From Octopus sinensis (Eukaryota): DNA of 64,000 nucleotides. Every line of letters begins with the position of its first letter. The stretch's first letter is position 1. The notes under the pieces were generated by a model. That model was given only the letters and a program-made list of their open reading frames with translations, did no database searches and was not told where the DNA came from. The translations under genes and the position numbers were made by a program. This document shows, one piece after another, positions 48,151 through 61,110 of the stretch. The DNA lies in assembly GCF_006345805.1 (NCBI RefSeq), contig NC_042997.1:137330001-137394000 (forward strand). The letters are read 5' to 3'.

Positions 48151-50888
48151 TCCCCGCCACCCCTGTACTTCTATACAAGATATATAATCCAAAACAAGCA
48201 TGAAAAACACAGACCTATTTTAAAACAGTCAAGCTGAAAATAAATCAACCTGTCATGATAAAAACTCATCACTACACAATAAAGCATTGTTAGGTCGAAT
48301 TTCCATGCTTTCATTCTTTGCAACATATTTACATTATTGTGTAGTGAGTTCAAGTGCTGACATGGGCTATTTTCTCCCCCTACCCCAACTCTGTATCCAA
48401 GTCGGTGCAGGGTGGGGGCTGGAAAATTTCATAACTTGATAAACTTTCATTTGAAGTTTCAAGAAAATGAAAGAAACATTCAACAATAGCCAATAATACT
48501 AAAATTTTGTTATAAGATACATTAACAAAAGTAGAAAAGGAGGAAAAAGAAGAAAAAAGGGTAACTATTGTGGAAATGTCATAATCAGAGAAAAATGCTA
48601 AATAAAATTTTCAACCTGCTATTTTCCCTGGTAAATGTTAGATTAAAAAATTTTCTGATAAATGCTTGATCTAGTATAAAATATGCTAAATTGGTAACCC
48701 TGCATTTCACTCCTTTGATATTGAAACTGCTCTTCTTGAAGGCCTTAAACTTGATTAAACAAATGTGACTCTGTGTGTGTGAATGCTTAAAACCTACACT
48801 GAATTATGGTTAGAGATGGTGAGATCATCATTCATAGCTCAGCTACAAGAGGTGACACCACTTTTTGTGGCTGGGTATCAATTAAAGATGTTTGTTTCTG
48901 TTCACAGACTCTATACTTTTGAATTTCTCTGGAATATAAAATCCCTTACTTGAAAAATCTTGCCTAAAATACCCCCTCCCCACTTATAAGCCATGCAAGC
49001 ATAGAAAAAATAGATGTTATTGAACAACCAACAAATAAAACATTTCATATTTTGTATTAAAATATATATATACTGTCAGTGTTGCATATAACACTTGTTT
49101 TGTAAAATGGCATCCATGTTTACCTTATTATAATGTTTAAAACATCCTGTTTGGAACACAAAACATGCTACTACTTGAAGCTTATTTAAAGTCCATATCT
49201 CATTTATCTGGATTATGTTGAAATTGAAGAACAAAATGAAGAGCCATTACATATGTATGAAAGTTTTCATGATACTTATGATGTTTCTATTTTTAGCTTT
49301 TAAATTTCCAGTTCAGCATGTAGTAGGATTCAATATCTCTGTAGTGAACAATGTACATGCGCACACACATACTCATACACAATGGTGTAGTATGGCAGGG
49401 GAGTAGTGTTAATAAGGCACAGAGAAAAATTTTCATGGTTTAAAATTCATAAACAGGTGTGGCTGTGTAGTAAGAAGTTTGCTTCTCAACCACACAGTTA
49501 CAGGTTCAGTCCCACAACATGGAACCTTGGATAAGTGTTAGCCCTGGGCGGACCAAAGCCTTTGGATTGGATTTGGTAGTCAGAAACATGTTGTGTGTGT
49601 GTGTGTGTATTTATGTACCTATCATGAAAGGTAAATAAACCACTGACTGTGTATATGTGAGATTATTGAGAGAGGAAGTGGAACCATGGAGACAAGTTGC
49701 ATATGAACCGAGAGGTGCATGTCTCATTTGTAACACTTCACATGCATATAAAAGATTATTAACCATCTAGTCCACTTTGCTGGGTGGTTGGTGTTAGGAA
49801 GAGCATCCAGCTGTAAAAATTCTGCCAAAACAGTCACAGAAGTCTGGTGCAGGCTTTGGCCTGGCTGGCTCTTGTGGTACTATCCCACCCATGTTAGCAT
49901 GGAACGTGGATGTTAAATGATGATGATGATGTGTTTGTCCCTTACCACCACTTAACAACCAGTGTTTGTTTATATGCTGTAACTTAACAATTTGGTATGG
50001 GAGACCAATAGTAAGTACCAGACTTAAAAACAGTACTTAGGTTGATTGATTAATCTAAAACCCTTCATACCTGTGCCTCAGCATGGCCACAGTTCAATGA
50101 CTGAAACAAGTGAAAGTAAAAGAACTACCTCACTTCCCCCATGTATGTCTTGTTGGTAAAGTATATATGTGGGTGAATTCTAACAGGTTTATTTTGAATG
50201 AGCATACGGTTCTAATATTAGCAATGATGACAACAGGTGGCATGATATTTAAAATGTGTGTATTAGCACATTAACAGAAAGATACTGTCAATTTGCCAAA
50301 CTTTCATATATGAGGACAATATTTTAATGAAAGCAGCCAGACTTTTATTCAACTGCCAAGGAACAGAGGCCTGTTTGTGTAAAATAAAGCCCATTGATTT
50401 AAGACTTCTTATATTGGTAATTACCAAAGTCTTTTTATAGAATGCGTAACAAACCTAGTTCATTTGCAAACAATTCAACCACAGAAAGAATAAACATATT
50501 AAGTTGTCCTCAATGTGCCTGCTTCAAAACTAGAGTTCCAAAATATACTGTCTGTAAAATACTAATTAGGCAAAAGTTGCAATAAAATATTGTTTGGCTA
50601 TTTCTTTCTTTTTTTCCTTTTTACCTGTGGCAATCATTGGGCTGCTGCTATACTGAGGTACCATTTTGAATGGTTTAGGTTGAAGAAATCAACCCCAGAA
50701 CTTACTCTATCAGTTTCATATGTGAAACTGCTTAGTTATCGAGCTGTAAATAAAACCAACTCCAGTTGTCAAGTGGTTGGTGTGGATGCATACACACATT
50801 TCTATATATATATATTCCTCTCTCACTTCCCCCCTCTCTCTCTATATATATATATATATATACACATACATATACATGTATACATACA

Positions 50889-50948
<60 letters not shown>

Positions 50949-51324
50949 TAGGATAGATAGATAGATCGTTATCCATTGGTCCCAGAAGAACAAAGATCTG
51001 TATCTGAAGAATTTTATGTCAGCTGCTGAAGGTGGTGTGACATCTGCTGTGGCTGTACAAGCCCACACAGGAGTGACAGTCTCACATGCAGTGACTGCAT
51101 TTGAAGAAGCTCTCCACTAGTGGTATGACTTAACCTTTCTTCAAGTGCGCTTTTCTTTAGTGGTTCCAGTTTCTCTTCCTCTCACTCTATCATCTTGTGA
51201 GCAATCATTTGTAACTTCTCCCATCACAATATCCAGATCTACTGACTACATATCTTTTTTACAGACATCTTTGAATCAAAGATTAGGTTGTCCTTGTGCT
51301 CCTTTGCAAGTGTATATGACCATC

Positions 51325-51640
51325 GGTCATCTTTCTTTCTTTGTCTCCATTGTAGCTGGAACAAGGAAGACGTGTTCTTGTTTGTCCCCTGTCCTAGCTT
51401 GATTTTCGCGTTCACCACCACAACCTCGTTTAGGCTTAGCAGCCCTTCCTGTTTGTTTTCACTGTCCTGTTTGTGTTACCAATTTTGACCTTCTGCAAAA
51501 TCCCAAATTTTATTTAATTTGCTTTGCGGGAGCAACTGTTTCATCAAAAGCATATGCTCGAAATATGAGACTAGAAAAACAGCCAACAACTAATGAAGTG
51601 AAAAATGTATAGTAAATGCACAAACGGTAAGTAAAAAACA
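51325..51640 (+). repeat. Dispersed repeat homologous to 57231-57540, possibly Penelope-derived
   Basis: Colinear similarity (cagcccttcctgtttgttttcactgtcctgttt...caaaatcccaaatt...gagcaactgttt). Decayed hammerhead-like motifs at the right end. Confidence 0.6.
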
Positions 51641-53021
51641 TAATGAATGCACAGACGAATAAAAAAATGTATACTGAGTACACAAACGGATGGAAAACAA
51701 AAACAGAAAGTCCCTAATTCTTCTTCAGTTATCAACCAGATGGTATTACTCAGTTTCACACCATTAATAAGACTGAGATGCTTCCCATACTAGCGGTGCC
51801 CATGCAAGTTGTGGAGAATATTGGACTGAGAACAAGCAGTACATGGATAACAGGCAATACAGGAGTTGACATACAAATGTGAATAAATATAATTCAAGAT
51901 GATGGACAAAGGACAAGGATGAAATAAATAAGAAATAAGATGCATGTATGTATGTATATAGAGCCCTGGTAGTGAGGCTCTGGTTCAGGAGCTCCAGGAT
52001 TTTGAGGAGTATGGCACCACCTTTTCACCAATATTATTCCCAGGTTCACTCTGACCTGGAGTAGTAGCATCTCTCAGGACCTGAGTTATGGGTGAATTAG
52101 CATGTTATAGAAGACACTTCCTGCACGAACCTTTGTTGCCTTGAGTACCTTGGGAAAGGAAAATGCTAATGGAGTCAACCTTGACAGCAACCCGAGTGAA
52201 GCCCCTCAGGTAGGTCCAGTATCCTTTTTGACACTCTCCCAGAAACTCCAGTGTAGGTGGAGTTCTCCAGCACTGTAAGGCAATTCATCTAGGAGAAGGC
52301 CATTCTAATGTAAAACATACAGCATACTGGTCACCACTGTGGTCAAATTGTCAAGTCTACAATGTGGGATTAGATTGCACAGCCTGATGATCAACTTAGA
52401 ACTACTGAGTGCAAGCAGGAAGAAAGCCAGAGCCTGTCAAATGAACACTTTTCATAGCCATTTGATGGCATACCATTCTTCCTCGTCTTCAGATGCAAAG
52501 AACTGCCATCATATATATATATATATATCACAAAATACAGACCCCTTTTGAACACATCTACAACAAATGACCTTAGAATAACACACACGCAAATATTAAA
52601 AGTGATACATTCAAGAGATACCCAAGAATTCATTAAAACCAGTCCCAATCACTACTATAATCCACAATGGTCCACTTTTAGGTCACTTGACCATTTAACA
52701 TCCTACTACTATCATACCTCTCTGGCATTCTTCTTCTTCTCTGCCAAGAATTCACAATGACCTTGAACCCACAAGAGTAAACAAGAGAAAGAGAGAGAGA
52801 CAGACAGGCAGGCAGAAACAAGGAAAATGCCCCTTGTATTTGAATACTATGCAAATATTCTTTAAAAATACTTTTCATTTAATTTTTCCAAAATTTGTTT
52901 TCCATAGTGAGAGTTGAAAAAGTCTCAATGATTGAAACCGGTACTAAAATGTTTTTTATGATAAAAAATTATTTTAGCATTTTCTACCTTGACTTTTTTC
53001 CTTATATATATAAATACACAA

Positions 53022-54288
53022 ACAGGATAGTGCAGAGAGGATGGGTGTTTTTGAAAAATTCACAAAATCATTAATTTTAGCTGCAAACAAATTTTACTGG
53101 TATCAATGTGTTTGTATTGAATTAGCATTTGTCAAAATCAAGTATGGAAAACAACAGCAATCATGTGGTGTTTGTTTTCATTTGTGCATTTCTGAAGGCG
53201 TTCTTGGAAGTTGGCCTCCACTCTCTCCAGCATTGCTCTTTTGATTTGGACGACTTCCATGTGAACAGCTTCCTCCAAATCATCCAAAGTACAAGGCTTA
53301 TGCGCATACACATATGCCTTGAGGTTTCCCCACAAGAAATAATCACACATGGACAAATCAGGGAACCGAGGGGGCCAAGGGCTATCAGCAAACCTAGAAA
53401 TGAGGCAGTCACTGAAGAGAGGTCAAAGAACATCCATTGATGCTCTGGCTGTGTGGGCCATCACCCTATCCTGCTGAAACCATACGTCGAATAGACATGT
53501 TTTCATCATAATTCAGGCACAAAGAAGTGGTTTATCATCTTGATGTAATGCTTGGAGTTCACAGTAACAGCATTTCCATTAATGTCTTCTAAAAAGTAAG
53601 GACCAATGATGTCAGCTTTTCCAGTAGCACACCAGACCGTCACTTTTGGGCTGTATAATGGTCTTTTGTGCAGTTCTCTCGGATTTTCAAGAGCCCAATA
53701 ATGACAGTTCTGTTGATTCACCATGCCATTGAGATGAAAATGAGCTTCATCATTCATTAACAAAATGAGGTTGTCATTTGCCTCAAAAATTGCTTCCATC
53801 TGACATGCAAAGTTAAGCTGCTGTGCATAGTCCCATGGTTTCAACTGTTCCTCAACGACCAATTTGTATGGGTGGAAATGCAGGTCTTCATGCAAAATAC
53901 ACCTTACCAATCGATTACTGATGCCAAGTTTAGTGGAATGCCTCTGAGCAGAGTGATTTGGACTCTGTATCAAAGTTTGCCTGATGCACTCCACATTTTC
54001 TGGGGTCCATACAGTTTGTAGTGCCCCAATTGGTCTCCTATTCATTAGTGTACCTCTTGAAGTGGCACTGAAACTCAAGCTGAACTGCTGTGACAGACTC
54101 ATTCTTCACAAAACTGTCGTAGGCAAACATGCGATGCTCTATTGTCCACAGCACCATGGCTTCACCTGAAAAGAAAAAAAATGCTAAGACACCATGGACC
54201 AAATGGTACCTGTTGGACATATGTCCCTCCCACTGGGGCTGAGTAATAGCCATTTCAAAAAAGTCCATCCTCTCTATCCCACTCTGTA
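53022..54288 (-). mobile_element. Tc1/mariner rosa-type (DD41D) transposon with DUF4817-like N-terminus, inactive
   Basis: WTIEHRMFAYDSFVKNESVTAVQ; MNDEAHF; WFQQD...CDYFLWG with 41 residues between D2 and D3 (counted). Degenerate TIRs at ~53022-53056 and ~54250-54288, with TA at the right end. Confidence 0.88.
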
Positions 54289-55235
54289 TATAATGGCAAT
54301 TCTTCACACCTGAACACCAATATATATATATATATATGCACACAATGCATATATATTACATATACACATACATATATGGATATCTGACAGTTTTAGTTAT
54401 CCTATCAATTGAACAAACTAGCCACTGAATTAGTGTGAGGAGGCTGAAAATTCCAGAGACATATTTAATCCTAATATAATTCTTAAGCTGAATCAGTATG
54501 ACACAGTCTGGCAAAGCTGGACCATTAACCATTTTGATACTAACCTGCTTGAAACCCTCCTTGGTTTTATGATACAATCTTTCTTCTTTAAAGTGATCTA
54601 AATCAAAACTTTCTATCACAATTTCATGTTGCTTTATCTTCCAAACAACAGCTTAATAATGCTTTCAAGTTTTGGCAGAAGTTGAGCAATTTCAGGGGAG
54701 TGGTAAGTTGATTAGATTGACCCCGAAAGGCAAAGTTGGCCTTGGAGGAATTTCAACTCAGAATGTAAAGATGGATGAAATGCTGCTAAGCATTTTGCCT
54801 GGTGTGCTAACAACTCTGCCAGCTCACTACCTTAAACTACAGCTAAATGACAAGAAGTTACTCTACTAACTTCATTTTTTTTCCAAAATCAATTGAAACA
54901 AAGGTAGTGTATTTCACTGGAAATATAACAAAACAGAACATGGAATGAAATGTATTTATTTATAAACTTTAAACTGAACTTCAATTGTTTTATAAACCTA
55001 ACAGCGTGGTGGTACGTAAATAAACGGTGTAAATTAACGAAGGTATAAACCTGACGTAAATACACAAAGTTGACGTCAGATTTTTCTACTTTCACTTCTG
55101 ACAGTTAATACCATGACAGTGCCAAAGTGTTAAATTATATGTGCGATCCACCTGGGGTGGGGGGGTCCTCACAATGTTTATCTAGCTAGTTTCACATGCA
55201 AAGCACAGGTCAATTTGAGTTCATGGTAAGAGACA

Positions 55236-55958
55236 TATGCCAAAGATTCTATGCAGCGTATTTCTGGTAAGGCAGCTGCAGGAGAAATACCTAGCCAAAG
55301 ATAAACCTCTCTACCTGGCTTTTGTTGACATGGAGAAAGCCTTTGTCAGCGTCTCCCGATCCCTTATCTGGTGGTCAATGAGGAAACTAGGGATAGATGA
55401 ATGGTTAGTGAGAGCTGTGCAAGCCATGTACAGGGACGCTGTCAGTAAGGTGAGGGTTGGCAATGAGTACAGTAAAGAATTCCTGGTAGAGGTAGGGGTC
55501 CACCAGGGTTCAGTCCTCAGCCCCCTCCTATTTATCATAGTCCTCCAGGCAATAACAGAGGAATTCAAGACAGGTTGCCCCTGGGAGCCCTATATGCTGA
55601 TGACCTTGCTCTAATTGCTGAGTCACTATCAGAACTAGAGAAGTTTCAGGTGTGGAAGTAAGGATTAGAATTGAAGGGCCTTAGAGTCAACCTAGCTAAA
55701 ACCAAAGTCCTAATAAGTAGGAAGGCAAACAAACCACAAATCCCTTCAGGTAGATGGCCTTGCTCGATCTGTAGAAAAGGTGAAGGTAGAATCTCTAGAA
55801 GATGTACCCAGTGTAAGCTATGGACACATAAGAGATGCAGCAATATCAAAGGAAGGCAAACCAGGAAGATAGTATTTGTATGTGACAGATGCTCAGGAGC
55901 AATAAACACTGAAAATGTGCAGAGAACAACTTCTGCTACATTCCAAGGAGAAAAACTA
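55236..55958 (+). mobile_element. RTE LINE internal fragment (RT to zinc finger)
   Basis: Close homologue of 25370-26040 (FVDMEKAF, GVHQGSVLSP, RWPCSIC). Confidence 0.9.
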
Positions 55959-56285
55959 CAGCTAAAATTAAATAGATTTCACAAGTAACAGAATATTCCC
56001 ATTGATTGAAAACAAAGTTTAAATCATAATATACATGAGATATATATATGAAAGAATCTAAAGCACGAAAATTTCTTATGTCATTTAACATATGCTTTCC
56101 ACACACACACACACACATGAATAATATAAGATATGGATTCAGAGAATAGTGCAGCTATCACAGAAAGCTCTTGTTATGGACTCAGCTATCAGTCTACATA
56201 GCAATCAATTACAAAGAAATATAATGCAGAGCGTCTATGTAACTGAAAATTCAGATCTGGTTGATGAAATTATTTCATGAAGAAA

Positions 56286-56567
56286 ATATAAAGTTATAAA
56301 GTCAGGAGATATGAGAGGTGAATATATATATTTATTTAACCATGTGACTTCCAAAGGGTTATGGCTGTTTCACGACCTTTGTTATGTAGTATTAATTTAA
56401 ACATGGAAGAAATTAGTGTACATGTTTGCATTAATAAGTATGCTTAGCATTATATAATACAATTGCACATTTATAAATTATTGCAAATAAAAAGAACTAG
56501 CTCATTGGATCACTGGAACATCATGTTTACACTAACAATTCAACTCTAAATATATACACAAAAATTT
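56286..56567. repeat. Inverted-repeat arm 1 (partner 57721-58000)
   Basis: Colinear reverse-complement homology across ~280 bp. Confidence 0.8.
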
Positions 56568-57230
56568 CCTCTTTATATATACAATGGAAGGCTGAAACTA
56601 GACAAAGTTTAATTTGGTCAGTAAAAGTAAAGATATATCCTTTCATATCAAGTAAGTTAAAGCACTAGATGAAAATTTAAGGAACTGACTATTGCTTAAT
56701 GTAAACAAAAAAGAAAATAAGACGAAGTAAAAATAAATAACATAAAAAAGTATATAAAAAAACTAATAATATAAATGAATTTTTAGTTCAATTATGTAGA
56801 TGAGTAAAACAGCTGGAAATTTAAAGATTCTACAGAAATCATGGATGAATGGCAGGTCAAGTAAAACCAAGAAATGGTATTCAACAAAAATAAATTTCAA
56901 TACAGGGTTAACAAAGTCACAAAACCTCACAGAAGGCATTTGAACCTTCATGAATTTTACATATTCCAACTACACCTCAAACATACTTTCCAGCACAGTG
57001 AACTGGAGTAAAACAAAAACTATACACATACACACATAAATATACATAGAAAACACACACAGATTGATCCATTTATATATATTTATCTTCCTTTTTCTAA
57101 TTCTTTTTTATCTCCCCTTCCGTTTTTTTCTCTATCTCATCCTTTCTCTAATTCTTTTCCTCTCCCCTTCGCTGTTCTCCGTCTATCCCTCTCACTCTTC
57201 TGCCTTTGTTCTCTTGTTGCTCACACGTAA

Positions 57231-57540
57231 CCATTGGTCATCTTTCTTTTCCTAACTTGAATTTCTTTCTTTCTGATCAGCTGCAGGGATAAGATGCATT
57301 CTTGTTTGTCTCCAGTCAGAGCTTGTTCCTCCTCGTTCATCAACTCACTTTGTTCTGGCTTAACAGCCCTTCCTGTTTGTTTTCACTGTCCTGTTTTTGT
57401 TACCAACTTTGACCCTCCACAAAATCCCAAATTATATTTAATTTGCTTTGCAAGAGCAACTGTTTTATCGAAAACGTATTTTGTTGTGAATTGCTTGAAA
57501 TAGGAAGTAGAAAAACAGCTGACAACTGGTGAAGGGCCAT
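57231..57540 (+). repeat. Second copy of the 51325-51640 repeat
   Basis: See the partner feature. Confidence 0.6.
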
Positions 57541-57720
57541 TTTTTTATGCCGCTTTTCTTGTTTTCCATTTGTTTCTTCCGTTGTTCACAAAAAGGTTCA
57601 TATTCCATGTTTTCATATTTCATGTTGTTTATGTTCTGTGGTGTCCTGTGCCCATATATGCATCTGTATATACACATGTATGTATATATGCATAGTTATT
57701 TATATTATATATATATATGA

Positions 57721-58000
57721 AAAAATTTTGTGTATATTTAGAGTTGAATAGTTGGGTGGTGCAACCATGATTCCAGCGATCTGATGAGCTAGCTTTCTTT
57801 ATTTGCAAAAATTTGTGAATATACAATTGTATTGTATAATGTTGGACATACATACTAAAGCAAACATGTATGCATATTTCCTTTCACACTGAAATCAATA
57901 CATGAAGAAGGTTGTGAAACAACCATAAGCCAATGGAAATCACATGGTTAAATAAATATATATTCACCTTTCACATCTCCTGAACTTATGGTTTTATATA
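57721..58000. repeat. Inverted-repeat arm 2 (partner 56286-56567)
   Basis: For example, caggagatatgagaggtgaatatatatatttatttaaccatgtga matches the reverse complement of tcacatggttaaataaatatatattcacctttcacatctcctg. Confidence 0.8.
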
Positions 58001-58462
58001 TGAATATATATAAGATCTCATTCATATATCCTATTATGGTATGATGAAATACATTTTAAGGTTTGTGTATTTATTCATAATATAATAATTGTACAGTGAT
58101 CTTAAATCTGATATATGAAAATACATTTCTCAATTACTTACAATGTTAAATAAGTCAATATTATTTCTTCCCCTTCTGGAAATGTTTTAAGTAGAATATA
58201 GATTATTTTGAAAAATGCTTTAAATAAAAATATCACAATGATAAGCGATGAATGTAATTGACATAAAAATGTAGTTATGGAAAGTTGTTATTACACTGTT
58301 AAATGTTTTTCCTTTTGTATTTACATTTACGGTTATGTAAAAAATATTTTTTCAAGGGACGATTTTCAACAGTGGTATTCTCCTGTTTTCATACATATAT
58401 GTATAGTTAGGGGATTTCTTTTTCTGAGAAAATGACTTGCCACAGATATCAGTCACATGCCT

Positions 58463-59497
58463 TCAATCAGTATGAATAGATTTATGTGTAGTCAAACAAC
58501 TTTTTTGCTTGAATGATTTACCACAGATATCACAGTGATATGGTTTCTCCTCTATATGAATATACTTGTGTCTAGTTAAGTTGCCAATCTGAGAGAAAGA
58601 AATACCACAAATATCACAGATATATGGTTTGTCTCCTGTATGAATGCGTTTATGGTTGATCAAGGTACTTCTATGAGAGAATAATTTACCACAGATATCA
58701 CAGTGATATGGCTTCTCTCTTGTATGATTGCGTTTGTGTATAGTTAATTCACTTATTTGTGGGAATGATTTACCACAGATATCACAGTGATATGGTTTCT
58801 CACCTGTATGAATGCGTATGTGAGTAGTTAGGTGACTAGTTACAGCAAAGGATTTACCACAGATATTGCAGTGATATCTCTGTTCTCCTGTATGAATATA
58901 TTTGTGTCTAGTTAATCTATATCTTTCAGAGAATAATTTACCACAGATATCACAGTGATATGGCTTCTCTCCTGTATGTGTGTATTTGTGTGTAGTTAAG
59001 TGACTTCTTTGATAGAATGATTTACCACAGATATCACACTGATAGGGCCTCTCTCCAGTATGAATATATTTATGAGTAGTTAAGCTATTTCGAGAGAGTG
59101 ATTTACCACAGATATCACAGTGATATGGCTTCTCTCCTGTGTGAATATATTTGTGATTAGTTAAGTGGCTTTTTTGAGAGAATGATTTACCACAGATATC
59201 ACAGTGATAGGGCCTCTCTCCAGTATGAATACGCTTGTGTCTAGTTAACACACCACTTTCAGAGAAAGATTCACCACAGATATCACAGTGATATGGTTTC
59301 TCTCCTGTATGAATACGTTTATGCTTAGTTAAGTCACCATTTGCACAGAATGTTTTACCACAAATATCACAGTGGTACGATGGCTTTCTAATCTCTTTCA
59401 GTACTTCATCATGAAAACCAATCCTTTTACAGTTAACACTGACATCACATAATTCATTTTCCATAATGTTTCCTCCCTCATCACATTTAATAGACAT
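58463..59497 (-). CDS. C2H2 zinc-finger protein, 11 tandem fingers, single coding exon (~344 aa)
   Basis: Open frame with 11 CxxC...HxxxH units and TGEKP-type linkers after a short MENELCD.. N-terminus. The start is 59497 or 59464; the 59599 TTG start in the ORF track is unlikely. No KRAB, BTB or ZAD domain. Confidence 0.92.
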   Translation of the reverse strand: MSIKCDEGGNIMENELCDVSVNCKRIGFHDEVLKEIRKPSYHCDICGKTFCANGDLTKHKRIHTGEKPYHCDICGESFSESGVLTRHKRIHTGERPYHCDICGKSFSQKSHLTNHKYIHTGEKPYHCDICGKSLSRNSLTTHKYIHTGERPYQCDICGKSFYQRSHLTTHKYTHTGEKPYHCDICGKLFSERYRLTRHKYIHTGEQRYHCNICGKSFAVTSHLTTHIRIHTGEKPYHCDICGKSFPQISELTIHKRNHTREKPYHCDICGKLFSHRSTLINHKRIHTGDKPYICDICGISFSQIGNLTRHKYIHIEEKPYHCDICGKSFKQKSCLTTHKSIHTD

Positions 59498-59833
59498 TTT
59501 TTTTTTGTTTTGTATTTTATTCCTAATAAATATTTCTTCTACATTTCTATGAATTGTTATCTTTTCTAATATCTGAAGAGGTTGCAAACTCTTTTGCAAA
59601 TTTGTTCAAGATTAATTAGAAAGCAAAATCAGCTTGTACATATTTCAGACAATGAAATACTGAAATTTTGCTATTAGCTTTTCTGAAAATATTTCACAGT
59701 AATTCTACCATAGATTTATATGAATAAAGTTATATCCGTTCTTTATAAAAGTTTCCTTAGTCTTTAAAAGATGATAAATATTGTTGAAGTATCTGAATTA
59801 AAACAGTTCTTTACTGCAAATGTCTTCTGATAA

Positions 59834-59860
59834 TCTGAAATAAAAGAGAAAATGTATAAC
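59834..59860 (-). other. Candidate splice acceptor of the ZNF coding exon
   Basis: Minus strand: cattttctcttttatttcag|attatcag, exon starting at 59834. Confidence 0.55.
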
Positions 59861-60291
59861 ATTTAAAGGATGCTTAAAAAGTAGAGAAGCAATAAAATCT
59901 TTATTGTATTTCTATATTGATAAACCTTAGGTAAAAACTTATCTGAATAAGCAAATATTATTTAATTTGTATTAAAATTCATTATTACAATCTTATTCAG
60001 ATAGTGTAAAAATTATAGGCTAAATAACAAAACAGTAGAAGCTAAAACTATTCTCTCTCAGAAATGGGGAAATTTGGAACCTGGGTTCTAATTCCTAAGG
60101 TATTTTTCAATGTTTCAGTCACATTGAATCCTGTCAAAGTGTTCAACCATTGTCAGCGTGAAAACGATGTTAACTGATAATGATGATATATGTGTATATA
60201 ATGTATTGAATATATAACTGTTCTAATTTTATCTCTTTTATCAATGATATTTCACATTTCTGTATACCCTTGAGAGATTTTTATCAACAGT

Positions 60292-60678
60292 AGGAGTGGC
60301 TGTGTGGTAAGTAGCTTGCTTACAAACCATATGGTTCCGGGTTCAGTCCCACTGCGTGGCACCTTGGGCAAGTGTCTTCTACTATAGCCTCAGGCTGACC
60401 AAAGCCTTGTGAGTGGATTTGGTAGACGGAAACTGAAAAAAGCCCATCGTATATATGTATATATATATATGCATGTGTGTGTATATGTTTGTCCCCGCCA
60501 ACATCGCTTGACAACTGATGCTGGTGTGTTTACGTCCCTGTAACTTAGTGGTTCGGCAAAAGAGGCCGATAGAATAAGTACTAGGCTTACAAAGAATAAG
60601 TCCTGGGGTCGATTTACTTGACTAAAGGTGGTGCTCCAGCATGGCCACAGTCAAATGACTGAAACAAGTAAAAGAGTA
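60292..60678 (+). mobile_element. SINE family A, intact, antisense in the presumed ZNF intron
   Basis: Full head, short (TA)n and tail. Confidence 0.9.
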
Positions 60679-60782
60679 ACAGTAAACTTCTGAAATCCTT
60701 CAATATTTCGAGACTTTCATAGTGTCATCATCAGAGTGAAGTAATGTCTGCATGTTATTGTTTTCATTTATTTATTTATTTT

Positions 60783-61110
60783 GCAAAAAACCCACATTTT
60801 CGGATAAGGAGATTCCAGAAAATTGCCAAAAATCAGACTTTTGAAATTTTTTGCCCCCCTCCGCAGCCCATTCTTCCTTTCCCATTTTTTTCCATAAACC
60901 TAACCCTAAAACCCTAACCAGAAATTTTTTTAGAAATTCTATAATCTCCGTATTTTTCTGCATATTTTGAAAAATAAAAAAAATTCTGAAAAAAGTTTAA
61001 AATGAAGAATTTAGGGGTGGGGTGGGGGATTTAAAATGCCGATTTTTGCCAATTTTCTTTTGCAAATTCGTATTCTCCGTGGCCGAAAACGGTGGGGTTT
61101 GTGTACGAAA
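60783..61110. mobile_element. Foldback/MITE-like element with internal telomere-like repeats
   Basis: Imperfect ~70-90-bp inverted ends (aaacccacattttcgg..ggaga..agaaaattgccaaaaatc) around cctaaccctaaaaccctaacc. Confidence 0.55.

Noticed and set aside
59498-59599. N-terminal extension of the ZNF ORF from TTG 59599
   Set aside because: AT-rich leader-like sequence with a non-ATG start. ATG 59497 or 59464 is more plausible.
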